64,000 bases of DNA from Sutterella sp. (GCA_019418605.1 DYBN01000054.1:81350-145349); one strand, 5' to 3'. Shown: positions 40,793 through 54,854, counted from the stretch's first letter. The notes: a model not told the origin generated them from the sequence alone. Program-made: numbers and translations.

Positions 40793-40808
40793 TGTTCCAC
40801 GTGGAACA
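40793..40808. promoter_or_regulatory. parS site 5
   Basis: TGTTCCACGTGGAACA ends 6 nt before the mnmG ATG. Confidence 0.85.
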
Positions 40809-40814
40809 TCAGCC

Positions 40815-42722
40815 ATGAATTACCCAGATAGTTTTGATGTCATTGTCGTTGGCTGCGGGCATGCCGGTGCAGAGGCTTCGCTGGCTGCGGCAAGAATGGG
40901 AGCGAAGACTCTTCTTGTTACGCACAATGTGGAGACGATAGGTCAGTTGTCGTGCAACCCGTCCATTGGCGGCATTGGCAAGGGGCACTTGGTTAAGGAA
41001 GTGGATGCAATGGGCGGCGCGATGGGAATCGTGACCGACTATGCCGGCATTCAATTTCGAATCCTGAATAGTTCAAAAGGACCTGCCGTGCGTGCGACGC
41101 GGGCACAGATTGATAGAAATCTGTACCGCGTGGAAATGCGCCGCCGTGTGGAAACTCAACCGAATCTTTGGATCTTTCAGCAAGCCGTCGACGATCTAAT
41201 TGTCAAAGGCGAGAGAGTTTGCGGCGTCGTCACAAAGACGAACATCCGCTTTTCTTCAAAAACGGTGGTGATCTGTTCCGGCACGTTCTTAAACGGCCTG
41301 GTGCACATCGGGTTGGATCATTATTCCGCCGGCCGTGCAGGAGATCCGCCTTCGATTGCTCTCGCTGAGCGCTTGATTGATCTGGGTCTGCCCAAGGGAC
41401 GGCTGAAGACTGGAACGCCGGCAAGAATTGATGGCCGATCCATTGATTTTGAAAAGTGCAAAAGACAAGACGGGGATTTAAATCCCGTTCCGTCGTTTTC
41501 ATTGATGGAGCCCGGCATTGAACATCCCCGTCAGGTTCCTTGCTGGATAACGCACACCAATGAGCGCATGCACGAAATCATCCGTGCGAATCTTGATCGC
41601 TCGCCCATGTATTCCGGCATCATCGAAGGGATCGGTCCGCGCTACTGCCCGTCCATTGAGGACAAGGTACAGCGGTTTAAAGACAAGACGAGCCACCAGA
41701 TATTTTTGGAGCCGGAGGGTTTGGATACGAATGAGTATTACCCGAACGGCATTTCCACTTCGCTGCCCTTTGATGTGCAGCTGGACATGATTCATTGCAT
41801 CCCCGGTTTGGAGCACGCGCATTTGCTGCGGCCGGGTTATGCAATCGAATATGACTTCTATGATCCTCGCGAGTTAAAGCGCACGTTCGAAACAAAGAAA
41901 CTCGCCAATCTTTACTTTGCCGGGCAAATCAACGGAACGACCGGTTATGAAGAAGCTGCGGCGCAAGGGCTCTTGGCGGGAATCAATGCCGCGGCACGCG
42001 CTTTGAATAAGGAAGAATGGTGCCCGCGGCGCGATGAGGCCTACATCGGCGTCATGGTTGATGACCTGACGACGCGAGGCGTGACGGAGCCCTACCGCAT
42101 GTTTACTAGCCGTGCGGAATATCGATTGAGCTTGAGAGAAGACAATGCGGATGTACGGCTCTCCGAGCTAGCACACCACCTCGGCGTTCTTCCGGAAGAG
42201 AAGTGGGAGCGTTTTCAAAGGAAAAAGGAAGCCGTTGAAAAAGAACTTCAGCGGTTGAAATCCGTCTGGGTCAATCCTTCTCTGCTCAAGGCTGGAGAGG
42301 CAAAACGTGTTTTAGGAACGGAGATTGAGCGCGAATACAACTTGTCCGCGCTTTTGTCGCGTCCCGCCGTACGGTATGAGGAGTTGATGACGCTTAAAGG
42401 TTCAGACGATCAGTTGATCAGTCAGGATCGGCTGCAAGACTCCCGCCAGATCGAACAGGTTGAAATTGCGCTGAAGTACCAGGGTTATATCGAACGGCAA
42501 AAAGAAGAAGTTCAGAAAACTCTGGTGCACGAAAGCATGCAAATACCGGAGGATATGGACTACGACAAAGTCGTGGGGCTTTCTTTTGAGGTTCGTCAGA
42601 AGTTAAAGGCCGTGCGGCCTGAGACGCTGGGACAGGCAAGCCGAATTTCCGGCGTGACGCCAGCCGCCGTGTCTTTGTTGTTGATTCACTTAAAGCGCCT
42701 CAAATGGGGGAAGCCGGCATGA
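40815..42722 (+). CDS. mnmG: tRNA uridine 5-carboxymethylaminomethyl modification enzyme MnmG (GidA)
   Basis: It has '[15 protein letters not shown]', '[17 protein letters not shown]' and '[11 protein letters not shown]'. The start is taken at ATG 40815; the upstream part of the track ORF covers parS sites. Confidence 0.97.
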   Translation: MNYPDSFDVIVVGCGHAGAEASLAAARMGAKTLLVTHNVETIGQLSCNPSIGGIGKGHLVKEVDAMGGAMGIVTDYAGIQFRILNSSKGPAVRATRAQIDRNLYRVEMRRRVETQPNLWIFQQAVDDLIVKGERVCGVVTKTNIRFSSKTVVICSGTFLNGLVHIGLDHYSAGRAGDPPSIALAERLIDLGLPKGRLKTGTPARIDGRSIDFEKCKRQDGDLNPVPSFSLMEPGIEHPRQVPCWITHTNERMHEIIRANLDRSPMYSGIIEGIGPRYCPSIEDKVQRFKDKTSHQIFLEPEGLDTNEYYPNGISTSLPFDVQLDMIHCIPGLEHAHLLRPGYAIEYDFYDPRELKRTFETKKLANLYFAGQINGTTGYEEAAAQGLLAGINAAARALNKEEWCPRRDEAYIGVMVDDLTTRGVTEPYRMFTSRAEYRLSLREDNADVRLSELAHHLGVLPEEKWERFQRKKEAVEKELQRLKSVWVNPSLLKAGEAKRVLGTEIEREYNLSALLSRPAVRYEELMTLKGSDDQLISQDRLQDSRQIEQVEIALKYQGYIERQKEEVQKTLVHESMQIPEDMDYDKVVGLSFEVRQKLKAVRPETLGQASRISGVTPAAVSLLLIHLKRLKWGKPA

Positions 42723-43375
42723 TGTTCCAACCTGAAGCAATCAGAGCGCGTGTTCAGGAGCTCCTGTCAATTGAGCTTGACGAGGAAGAGGCGCGTTTGC
42801 TTTCTCGCTTTGCCGAACTGTTGCTGAAGTGGAATGCAACGTACAACCTCACCAGCATCACATCAAGCGAAGAAGTCATTGACCTTCATTTGGTGGATTC
42901 GCTTGCTTTGGTGAAATACGCCGACAAATACTTAAACGGCGAAAAGAGCGTTCTCGACGTTGGCAGCGGCGGCGGGCTTCCAGCCATTCCCTTGGCCATC
43001 ATGCGGCCGGAACTGCACATTACGATGGTCGACGCCGTTCAGAAAAAGACGATCTTTCAGCGTCAGGCAATTGCCATGTGCCGGCTGAAAAACATTGAGG
43101 CGGTGCATGCGCGGGTGGAAACGATCAAGAATCGACAATTTGATCTGGTGACAAGCCGTGCATTTTCCTCTTTGTCCGAGATGATCCGCCTGACGGAGCA
43201 TCTGCTCGCGCCAGAAGGCCTGTGGATTGCCATGAAGGGGAAGTTTCCGGAAAAAGAAATTGAGGATTTGCCGAAAAACGTGCGCGTGCGCGAGACGATG
43301 GAGGTTAAAAATCTCAATTTCGAGCGTCATTTAATTGTCCTTGAGAAATTTTCATCGAGTATTCCATCATCTTGA
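42719..43375 (+). CDS. rsmG: 16S rRNA (guanine527-N7)-methyltransferase RsmG (GidB)
   Basis: It has the SAM motif '[17 protein letters not shown]' and '[10 protein letters not shown]'. Its ATG overlaps the mnmG stop (ATGA). Confidence 0.93.
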   Translation: MMFQPEAIRARVQELLSIELDEEEARLLSRFAELLLKWNATYNLTSITSSEEVIDLHLVDSLALVKYADKYLNGEKSVLDVGSGGGLPAIPLAIMRPELHITMVDAVQKKTIFQRQAIAMCRLKNIEAVHARVETIKNRQFDLVTSRAFSSLSEMIRLTEHLLAPEGLWIAMKGKFPEKEIEDLPKNVRVRETMEVKNLNFERHLIVLEKFSSSIPSS

Positions 43376-43577
43376 GGTCAAATAAACGCATGTCGCAAAT
43401 GAAGGGTTTTTGGAGAAAAAAAAGCGAAATTTTCTGCAGAATTTGCGATGATTTGATGCATGCAGGGAAATTTGTGCGGGATTGAAAATTCGACTTATTT
43501 CAAACGTGCATGCAGGGATCAGCAAGCTGCAGGGCGAACCGAATCCATTTCTTTCGTTTGAGTGGGTTTTATAAAAA

Positions 43578-43595
43578 AGTTTGATATATCAAACT
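43578..43595. promoter_or_regulatory. Perfect 18-bp palindrome upstream of parA
   Basis: AGTTTGATATATCAAACT lies 17 nt upstream of the parA ATG. Its core, TTGAT-AT-ATCAA, is the same as upstream of mnmE. Confidence 0.35.
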
Positions 43596-43611
43596 ATAAG
43601 GAATAAAGGCA

Positions 43612-44409
43612 ATGGCTTATATTTTTTGCGTCGCCAATCAAAAAGGGGGCGTAGGAAAAACAACGACGGCGGTCAACACGGCGGCCGCCCTGGCGCGCAA
43701 GCGCCAGAAGGTTCTGCTCGTCGATCTTGATGCGCAGGGCAACGCCACGATGGGCTCGGGCATTGAGAAAAACGACTGCGCTCTGACCGTCTATCAACTG
43801 CTGATCGGCGAGGCGACGTTTGACGACGTGGTGCAGAAAAGCCCCACGGGGGGCTACGACGTGGTGCCAGCCAACCGCGACTTGTCGGCGGCTGAGCTTG
43901 ACTTGATGCAGCTTAAAAACCCCGACAAGCGCCTCAAAGGCGTGATCGACAAGGTGGCCGACCGCTACGACTTTATTCTGATCGACTGCCCCCCGTCGCT
44001 TTCGATGATCACGGTCAATGCGCTTTGTTGCGCAAAGGGCGTGATTATTCCGATGCAGTGCGAGTACTTTGCCTTGGAAGGTTTAAGCGACCTTGTCAAC
44101 ACCGTGCGCCGCGTGCGGCAAAACAAAAATCCCGACTTGACGATCATCGGGCTTTTGCGCGTGATGTTTGACGCGCGCATGACGCTGCAAAAGGAAGTGA
44201 GCCAGCAGCTCAAGGACAACTTCGGCGACCGCGTCTTTGATGCGGTGATCCCGCGCAACGTTCGTCTGGCCGAGGCACCGTCCTATGGCGAGCCCGGCAT
44301 TGTCTACGACAAAACAAGCCGAGGAGCGAAAGCCTACCTTGCCTTCGGGCGCGAATTGATCAAGCGCATGAAGGATGCGCAGGGCGTTGAGAACACAACT
44401 GAGGAGTGA
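43612..44409 (+). CDS. parA: Chromosome partitioning ATPase ParA (Soj)
   Basis: It has the deviant Walker A 'NQKGGVGKTTT'. Confidence 0.96.
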   Translation: MAYIFCVANQKGGVGKTTTAVNTAAALARKRQKVLLVDLDAQGNATMGSGIEKNDCALTVYQLLIGEATFDDVVQKSPTGGYDVVPANRDLSAAELDLMQLKNPDKRLKGVIDKVADRYDFILIDCPPSLSMITVNALCCAKGVIIPMQCEYFALEGLSDLVNTVRRVRQNKNPDLTIIGLLRVMFDARMTLQKEVSQQLKDNFGDRVFDAVIPRNVRLAEAPSYGEPGIVYDKTSRGAKAYLAFGRELIKRMKDAQGVENTTEE

Positions 44410-44415
44410 TGAACC

Positions 44416-45348
44416 ATGGCGACGAAAAAAATGCGCGGACTCGGGCGGGGGCTTGACACCCTCCTGGGCGAAGATGTGGCAAAGACCAAAGCGGCTCCCG
44501 CCGAGACTGCCAAGGCCGCACCGGCTGCCGCAGCACCGGCCGAGAACGCAGTGGTCGAACTCGAGCTCACGCTTTTAAAGGCGGGCAAGTATCAGCCCCG
44601 CACGCTCATTGAGCAGGAAAAGTTAAGCGAACTTGCCGAGTCGATCAAGCAGCAGGGCGTCATCAGTCCCATCATCGTGCGTCGTACGGCCAACGGCCGC
44701 TACGAAATCATCGCGGGCGAGCGGCGCTTCAGAGCGTCCAAGATTGCCGGCAAAAAGACGATTCCTGCGATCGTGCGCACGGTTCAGGACAAGGACGCGC
44801 TTGCCATGGCGCTCATTGAAAACATGCAGCGCGAGGACCTCAACGCCATGGAGGAGGCCCAAGGCGTCAAGCGCTTAATCGATGAATTCGGCTACACGCA
44901 CGAGCAGGCGGCCGACGCCATCGGGCGCAGCCGCTCGGGTACGACGAATCTGCTGCGGCTTTTAAATCTGACGGAAGCCGTGCAGCGCATGTTGATTGAC
45001 GGCAAGATCGACATGGGGCACGCCCGGGCACTGCTCTCCCTTTCGGGGGCCGAGCAGATCGAGGCCGCCAATGAGATTGTCGCCAAAGAGCTCTCCGTAA
45101 GAGAAGCCGAAAAGCTCGTGCAGCAGGCTGCGGCCAAGCCGCGGACCAAGTCGGCCGCCAAAAAGGAGCCCAAGGTCAACCGCGACGACCAGATTTTGGA
45201 AGAGCGCCTCTCGGAGGCAATCGGCGCGCCCGTGCACGTCGTCTACGGCAAGAAGGGCAAGGGGCAGGTGGTGATCGATTTTGCCAACTTCGACGATCTC
45301 GACTCGCTTCTTGAGCGCATCGCGCCGGGCGTGAAGGCCGAAAGCTGA
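44416..45348 (+). CDS. parB: Chromosome partitioning protein ParB (Spo0J)
   Basis: It has the ParB box 'IIAGERRFRA' and the HTH 'HEQAADAIGRSRSGTTNLLRLL'. Confidence 0.96.
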   Translation: MATKKMRGLGRGLDTLLGEDVAKTKAAPAETAKAAPAAAAPAENAVVELELTLLKAGKYQPRTLIEQEKLSELAESIKQQGVISPIIVRRTANGRYEIIAGERRFRASKIAGKKTIPAIVRTVQDKDALAMALIENMQREDLNAMEEAQGVKRLIDEFGYTHEQAADAIGRSRSGTTNLLRLLNLTEAVQRMLIDGKIDMGHARALLSLSGAEQIEAANEIVAKELSVREAEKLVQQAAAKPRTKSAAKKEPKVNRDDQILEERLSEAIGAPVHVVYGKKGKGQVVIDFANFDDLDSLLERIAPGVKAES

Positions 45349-45357
45349 GGCGGCGAA

Positions 45358-45385
45358 TGAAACCCACTAAGTTTGTGGGTTTATA
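45358..45385 (+). terminator. Hairpin after parB
   Basis: AAACCCAC-taagttt-GTGGGTTT is followed by AT-rich sequence. Confidence 0.55.
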
Positions 45386-45470
45386 CCTAGAAAGGAATAC
45401 TCAATGTTAAGTCCTTCAGGTACTTGTTAAAAAGTATGTTCACCCGTAAAATTTCGCTGTTTTAGGGGCA

Positions 45471-45836
45471 GTGCACGATATGAATCGTGAGGAATTGATC
45501 CGTATCGTCGTCTGGCAGTACGCATGTGTCAGCGCGGTGGCGCTTGTTGCCTGGCTCGTCTGGGGAACAACGCAGTGCCTGTCCGCGCTTGCTGGCGGTC
45601 TGTGCGTGGCCGTCCCGAATTCTCTTTTCGCGTTCAACCTGATCATTGGTCAGCTGTCCGGAAAATCGGTCCGACCGATCGGCGTCATCGTCGGAGAGTT
45701 CCTCAAAATGATCGTCATCTGCTGTCTTTTTGCAGCGGTGGCGAAATTCTTCCCAGGTGTGAATTGGCCGGCATTGCTCGCGGGTATCGTCGCAGCGGTG
45801 TTCGGGCAGTTTGCTCTGATCTTTTACAAACACTAA
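45471..45836 (+). CDS. atpI: ATP synthase protein I
   Basis: It is a small hydrophobic protein directly upstream of atpB. Confidence 0.7.
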   Translation: MHDMNREELIRIVVWQYACVSAVALVAWLVWGTTQCLSALAGGLCVAVPNSLFAFNLIIGQLSGKSVRPIGVIVGEFLKMIVICCLFAAVAKFFPGVNWPALLAGIVAAVFGQFALIFYKH

Positions 45837-45851
45837 ACCGAAGGATAGGTT

Positions 45852-46685
45852 ATGTCTACGACTGAAGCGCTCAGCCCTACCGGGTACATGCTTCATCACC
45901 TTGCACATAATGCCTCAGGGAAGATGTCGTCGATCATTGATTTTTCAGTGATCAACTACGACACCATCGTGTTTTCCGTTCTCATGCTCTGTCTCGGTTT
46001 GTGGCTCCTGTATCGGGGAGCGCGCAAGGCGACCAGCGGCGTGCCCGGAAAATGGCAGTGTGCGGTTGAAATGCTCGTCGAAATGGTCGAGGAGCAGAGC
46101 AAGTCGATCGTGCACGGCGACCGCACGTTCATTGCTCCCGCGGCTCTGACGGTCTTTGTCTGGGTGGTGTTGATGAACGCCATCGATTTGGTGCCCGTCG
46201 ATCTGCTGCCGTGGGTGGCAAGTCTGTTCGGCATCAACTATCTCAGGCCGCTGCCGACTGCGGACTTGAACGGAACGCTCGGCATTTCCGTGAGCGTGCT
46301 GATTCTTTGCATCTACTACGGCCTGAAGGTCAAGGGCGCGGGCGGCTTCGTGCACGAGCTCTTCTCGGCTCCCTTCGGCAACAACATTCTTCTGTGGCCG
46401 TGCAACTTCGCGCTGAACATCGTTGAGTACATCGCCAAGACCGTCAGTCTCGGCATGCGACTGTTCGGCAACATGTATGCCGGCGAACTGGTTTTCTTCC
46501 TGATTGCTCTTTTGGGCGGCTATGCGCTGTCGTTCGGCGTGGTCGGCGGCACCATGAGCGCGATTGGACAAGTTGTGGCGGGCCTCTGCTGGTGGCTGTT
46601 CCACATTTTGATTGTTCTTCTGCAGGCGTTCATCATGATGATGCTGACCTTGGTCTACCTTGGTCAGGCGCATGAGTCGCACTAA
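45852..46685 (+). CDS. atpB: F0F1 ATP synthase subunit a
   Basis: It has 'SLGMRLFGNMYAGE' with the conserved Arg. Confidence 0.96.
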   Translation: MSTTEALSPTGYMLHHLAHNASGKMSSIIDFSVINYDTIVFSVLMLCLGLWLLYRGARKATSGVPGKWQCAVEMLVEMVEEQSKSIVHGDRTFIAPAALTVFVWVVLMNAIDLVPVDLLPWVASLFGINYLRPLPTADLNGTLGISVSVLILCIYYGLKVKGAGGFVHELFSAPFGNNILLWPCNFALNIVEYIAKTVSLGMRLFGNMYAGELVFFLIALLGGYALSFGVVGGTMSAIGQVVAGLCWWLFHILIVLLQAFIMMMLTLVYLGQAHESH

Positions 46686-46997
<312 letters not shown>

Positions 46998-47108
46998 TTC
47001 CGTTCGCGGAAATTGGCTCGAAAAAATCGTCTTTCTTTTAATGACGTCGTCGACGCCTGAGGGCGCGCTCGTGCGCCTTCGGCGCGTCGGCATGAACGGG
47101 GTTTGACA

Positions 47109-47579
47109 ATGAACATTAATGCCTCACTGTTTGTACAGATGGTGGTGTTCTTCATCGGGTGCTACATCACGATGAAGTACATCTGGCCGCCTTTGATCAA
47201 AGCGATCGAAGAGCGCCAAAGCAAGATCGCCGAAGGTCTTGCTGCTGCGGACAAGAGCGCAGAGGCTCTTGCTGAAGCCCAGGTCAAAGGCAAGGAGATC
47301 GAGGCCGAAGCGCGCGCCCGTGCCACGACGATCGTGTCCGACGGCGAGAAGCGCGGGGCAATGATCGTTGAGAACGCCAAGCAGCAGGCCCAGGCCGATG
47401 CCGACCGCATCATCGCCAACGCCAAGGCTGAAGCCGCTCAGGAAATGCAGCGCGCACGCGAACAGCTTCGCGATGAAGTGGCTGCGCTTGCCGTTGCCGG
47501 CGCTCAGCAGATTCTGGCTCGAGAAGTGGACAAGTCTGTTCACGCTCAGCTGCTCGAACAACTTAAGGCGAAGCTCTAA
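47109..47579 (+). CDS. atpF: F0F1 ATP synthase subunit b
   Basis: It has an N-terminal TM segment and a long charged helix. The ATG at 47109 is preferred over the TTG at 47103. Confidence 0.92.
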   Translation: MNINASLFVQMVVFFIGCYITMKYIWPPLIKAIEERQSKIAEGLAAADKSAEALAEAQVKGKEIEAEARARATTIVSDGEKRGAMIVENAKQQAQADADRIIANAKAEAAQEMQRAREQLRDEVAALAVAGAQQILAREVDKSVHAQLLEQLKAKL

Positions 47580-47581
47580 TC

Positions 47582-48130
47582 ATGGCTGAACTTTCGACGA
47601 TTGCACGTCCTTACGCCAGTGGCCTCTGGAAGGCCATGGTTGAATGTAAGACCACTGCGCAGGCTGCCAAAATGGCGGAACTCCTCGATGCGCTCAGCAA
47701 AGTGACCGAGGATCCCAAGGTCGCGGAGCTTATCAACGACCCGAAGATCACCGATGAGGAGCTGTACGACGTCATCGCCGGCTCTCTCGGTCAGGATCTG
47801 CCTGACCAGCTGCCCGGTCTGCTGCGTACAGTCATCGAAAACGGTCGTCTCAACGCTTTGCCCGAGATCGCCGCGCAGTTCCACGCGCTCAAGAACGAAT
47901 CCGAAGGCCTCGCCGATGCCTACATCGAGACGGCCTACGCGCTCACCAAGAAGGATGTCGAGCAACTTCTCGAGGTTCTCTCCAAGAAGTTCCCCGGCAA
48001 GAAGCTCAAGCCGATCGTGACGATCAACAAGGACCTGATCGGCGGCGTGTGCATCCGGGTCGGCGACCAAGTCCTCGACGGTTCTGTTCGCGCACGTCTT
48101 GCGCAGATGCAGCAGGCGCTTACCGCATAA
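47582..48130 (+). CDS. atpH: F0F1 ATP synthase subunit delta
   Basis: It has 'IARPYA' at the N-terminus and lies between atpF and atpA. Confidence 0.92.
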   Translation: MAELSTIARPYASGLWKAMVECKTTAQAAKMAELLDALSKVTEDPKVAELINDPKITDEELYDVIAGSLGQDLPDQLPGLLRTVIENGRLNALPEIAAQFHALKNESEGLADAYIETAYALTKKDVEQLLEVLSKKFPGKKLKPIVTINKDLIGGVCIRVGDQVLDGSVRARLAQMQQALTA

Positions 48131-48146
48131 ATTTCGGAGCTCAAGA

Positions 48147-49688
<1,542 letters not shown>

Positions 49689-49717
49689 GAGCGCACACAA
49701 CATTCTGAGAGGACCAA

Positions 49718-52032
<2,315 letters not shown>

Positions 52033-52130
52033 GGCGCGCTTGTCGGTTCAAAGCCTTCGGCCCGGTCCGCGACATGGGCCGAAGGGACTTTCCTCAAGAC
52101 AAGTGACGTACCGATTTAACGGAGCAACTT

Positions 52131-52541
52131 ATGGCTAAGATTTTTGTCGACGTCGTCAGCGCAGAAGAGGCCATCTTCTCGGGCGAGGCGCAGTTTGTGG
52201 CGCTTCCCGGCCAGGAAGGTGAACTCGGCATTCTGCCCGGCCACGTGCCCCTTATTACCCGCATTCGTCCCGGTGCCGTGCGCATCAAGACCGAGCAGGG
52301 TACTGAGGAAAACGTTTTCGTTGCCGGCGGCATCCTCGAGGTTCAGCCTGACCGCGTGACGGTACTTGCCGATACGGCAATCCGAAGCAAGGATCTCGAT
52401 GAAGCCAAGGCCAAGCAGGCGCTCGAGGAGGCCAAGCTCAGCCGCGCCAAGGCTCAGAGCAACCGCGAAATCGCCAAGATCGAGGCGACGATGGCGGCTC
52501 TGGCCGCGCAGCTGGCCTACATCCGCCGTCTGCGCCACTGA
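52131..52541 (+). CDS. atpC: F0F1 ATP synthase subunit epsilon
   Basis: It is the last gene of the atp operon and has '[31 protein letters not shown]'. Confidence 0.95.
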   Translation: MAKIFVDVVSAEEAIFSGEAQFVALPGQEGELGILPGHVPLITRIRPGAVRIKTEQGTEENVFVAGGILEVQPDRVTVLADTAIRSKDLDEAKAKQALEEAKLSRAKAQSNREIAKIEATMAALAAQLAYIRRLRH

Positions 52542-52810
52542 TCGCGCCAGCCGCTTTCAGATCGAAACGACGCGCTCCCTTTGCGCGCCGCCGATGTCTT
52601 TTCGGGCAGTCGGCTTTTCTCGCCAAGACGCGAAAAAAGCATGAGCCCAAAATTCCGGCGGCTTCACGGGGAGGCGTCGTTTTTTTTTATTGCCGGGCTT
52701 CTGCGGCCGCAGCGTTCTTGCGCTAGGATCAAGGCTAAAGAAGCGGGCATTCCGTGCGCGTGCCCGTGTTTGGTACGGTACAACAAGAAATCAATAAAAA
52801 GGAGCAGGCC

Positions 52811-53230
52811 ATGGATGGCGTGAAGGAATTGACCGGTGTGATTGAAGTCTGCACGGACGGCAGTCAGTTGTCGGAGAAGGGGGTGGACACGGCCGTTGAG
52901 CTTGCCCGCAGCCTCAACCTCCCGCTTCTGGGCATGACGGCTGTTTCGGGCGCAGCGCCCGAAGGCGGCCTTGAAAAGGAAGATCCCAAGACGCTCGAGC
53001 GCTTGAAGTACATCCGCGAGGCCGCGCAGGCCGCGGGCGTTGAGTTTGAACTGGTGGCCGAGCACTGCCAGGCGCCCTGGCAGGGCATTCTTGCGCTTGC
53101 AAAGCGGCGCGATGCGCGCTTTATCGTCATGGCCAGCCGCGGCCTGGGCTCTCTTGGCAGCCTCATTCTCGGCTCCGAAACCCAGAAGGTGCTCGCGGCG
53201 GCCGACCGCCCGGTGCTCGTGATCCGCTAG
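52811..53230 (+). CDS. Universal stress protein (UspA family)
   Basis: The C-terminal 'IVMASRGLGSLGSLILGSETQKVLAAADRPVLVI' is the Usp ATP-binding signature. The start is taken at ATG 52811. Confidence 0.85.
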   Translation: MDGVKELTGVIEVCTDGSQLSEKGVDTAVELARSLNLPLLGMTAVSGAAPEGGLEKEDPKTLERLKYIREAAQAAGVEFELVAEHCQAPWQGILALAKRRDARFIVMASRGLGSLGSLILGSETQKVLAAADRPVLVIR

Positions 53231-53616
53231 ACGCCGGACGTTGTTTCACTGACTGCAACCGCAAGCGCGGCGGCAATGTCATCGGCCGCCGCGTTTTTAA
53301 TCAAAACGCGTTTGGAGCGGCTTGTCTGTCCCGCGGTGATGTCGATCGAAGACTTCGGCGCTCCCAGACGCTTTGCCAAAAACGCCCTGAGAGCGGCGTT
53401 GGCTTTTCCGTCAACGGCCGGGGCGGCAAGCGCAATCTTGATGCGCTCGCCGTAGAGGCCGCAGAGCGCATCGCGCCTGGCGCCGGGCTGCGCATGCACG
53501 GCAAGCACGGCTCCCGCCTCAGTTTGGCTTAACCAAACGGGCAGGGCCTGCGTGCGAGAATTGCCCTCTGCGCCGTTTTGACCAACCTTTCGAGTTTTTC
53601 CCATGAAGCCCGTCAA
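53227..53616 (-). CDS. DUF167 (YggU/UPF0235) family protein
   Basis: '[12 protein letters not shown]...[26 protein letters not shown]' matches the YggU signature. The 5' end is uncertain because it overlaps the hemE start on the other strand. Confidence 0.75.
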   Translation of the reverse strand: MTGFMGKTRKVGQNGAEGNSRTQALPVWLSQTEAGAVLAVHAQPGARRDALCGLYGERIKIALAAPAVDGKANAALRAFLAKRLGAPKSSIDITAGQTSRSKRVLIKNAAADDIAAALAVAVSETTSGV

Positions 53617-54670
53617 CGATACGTTTCTGCGCGCATTAAAGCGCGAACATACCGACTATACCCCGCTGTGGCTGATGCGCCAGGCGGGCCGCTATCTGCC
53701 CGAGTACAACGCCACGCGCAGCCGTCTGGGCAGCTTCATGGCGCTTGCGCAGGACCCGCAGGCGGCCTGCGAGGTGACGCTGCAGCCCGTGGAGCGCTTC
53801 GGGCTTGACGCGGCGATTCTTTTCTCCGACATCCTCACGGTGCCCGACGCCATGGGGCTGGGGCTTTCCTTTGTCACCGGCAAGGGGCCGGTGTTTGCGC
53901 ATCCCGTGCAAAGCGAGGAAGCCGTCGACGCCCTCTTTGTGCCCGATCCGGAAGAAAAGCTGGGCTACGTGATCGAAGCCGTGCGCACCATCCGCCGCGA
54001 GCTCAACAACCGCGTGCCCTTGATCGGCTTTTCGGGCTCGCCCTTTACGCTTGCCTGCTACATGGTCGAGGGCGGCGGCTCGAGGGACTTTGCGACGATC
54101 AAGAAGATGATGTACGCGCGCCCCGATCTGCTCTCGCGCATTCTCGATGTCAATGCGCGCGCCGTGACCGCGTATTTGAACGCGCAGATTCGCGCGGGCG
54201 CGCAGGCCGTGCAGATTTTTGACACCTGGGGCGGCGCCTTGGCCGACGGGTGCTTTGAGGAGTTTTCTCTCAAGTACATGGCCCGCGTCATCGAGGGGCT
54301 CATCCGGGAAAACGACGGCGAGCGCGTGCCCGTGATTGTCTTTACCAAGGGCGGCGGCATGTGGCTTGAAAAGATCGCGCAGTGCGGCTGCGACTGCGTG
54401 GGCGTCGATTGGACGGTGAATCTTGCGCAGGCGCGCGTCAGGACGGGAGACCGCGTCAGCCTGCAGGGAAACCTCGATCCAATGGTGCTTTTTGCGGGCG
54501 AAGAAGCCATCCGGCGCGAGGCGCGCCGCGTCATCGACTCCTTTGGCACGGTGGGCGCCGGCGGCCACGTCTTTAACCTCGGCCACGGCATCAGCCAGTA
54601 CACCGACCCCGAGGCGGTGGCGATCCTGGTCGACGAGGTGCACGCCTACTCGGCTGCCATGCACAAGTAG
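53603..54670 (+). CDS. hemE: Uroporphyrinogen decarboxylase
   Basis: It has '[15 protein letters not shown]' and 'FDTWGG'. Confidence 0.96.
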   Translation: MKPVNDTFLRALKREHTDYTPLWLMRQAGRYLPEYNATRSRLGSFMALAQDPQAACEVTLQPVERFGLDAAILFSDILTVPDAMGLGLSFVTGKGPVFAHPVQSEEAVDALFVPDPEEKLGYVIEAVRTIRRELNNRVPLIGFSGSPFTLACYMVEGGGSRDFATIKKMMYARPDLLSRILDVNARAVTAYLNAQIRAGAQAVQIFDTWGGALADGCFEEFSLKYMARVIEGLIRENDGERVPVIVFTKGGGMWLEKIAQCGCDCVGVDWTVNLAQARVRTGDRVSLQGNLDPMVLFAGEEAIRREARRVIDSFGTVGAGGHVFNLGHGISQYTDPEAVAILVDEVHAYSAAMHK

Positions 54671-54766
54671 GGCTTTTGTTTCCGGAAGGGGCGGGCAGAG
54701 GGAATCAGCTTTTTCATGGCGGCCTCCCGGGCTGCGCACCGCTCTTTGCGGGGACAAACGCAGAAG

Positions 54767-54854
54767 TTGTGCACAGCCTTTTCACAAGGTTTAAACAGGT
54801 TTTCCAGAGCCTCTTCACAGGTTCTGCACAAGCCTTTCCACAGACTTTTCCACA
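54767..54854 (+). repeat. Array B: eight DnaA-box-like 9-mers in 11-bp register
   Basis: TTGTGCACA (54767), CTTTTCACA (54778), GTTTAAACA (54789), TTTTCCAGA (54800), CTCTTCACA (54811), TTCTGCACA (54822), CTTTCCACA (54834) and TTTTCCACA (54846). Start-to-start spacing is 11,11,11,11,11,12,12. Confidence 0.6.

Noticed and set aside
54767-54854. The tandem 11-bp units (also at 61701-61752 and 24022-24062) considered as a CRISPR array or minisatellite.
   Set aside because: The units are only 10-12 bp, they are contiguous with no spacers, and they are degenerate around a CACA core. There are no cas genes in the window. The pattern fits protein-binding site arrays, not CRISPR.
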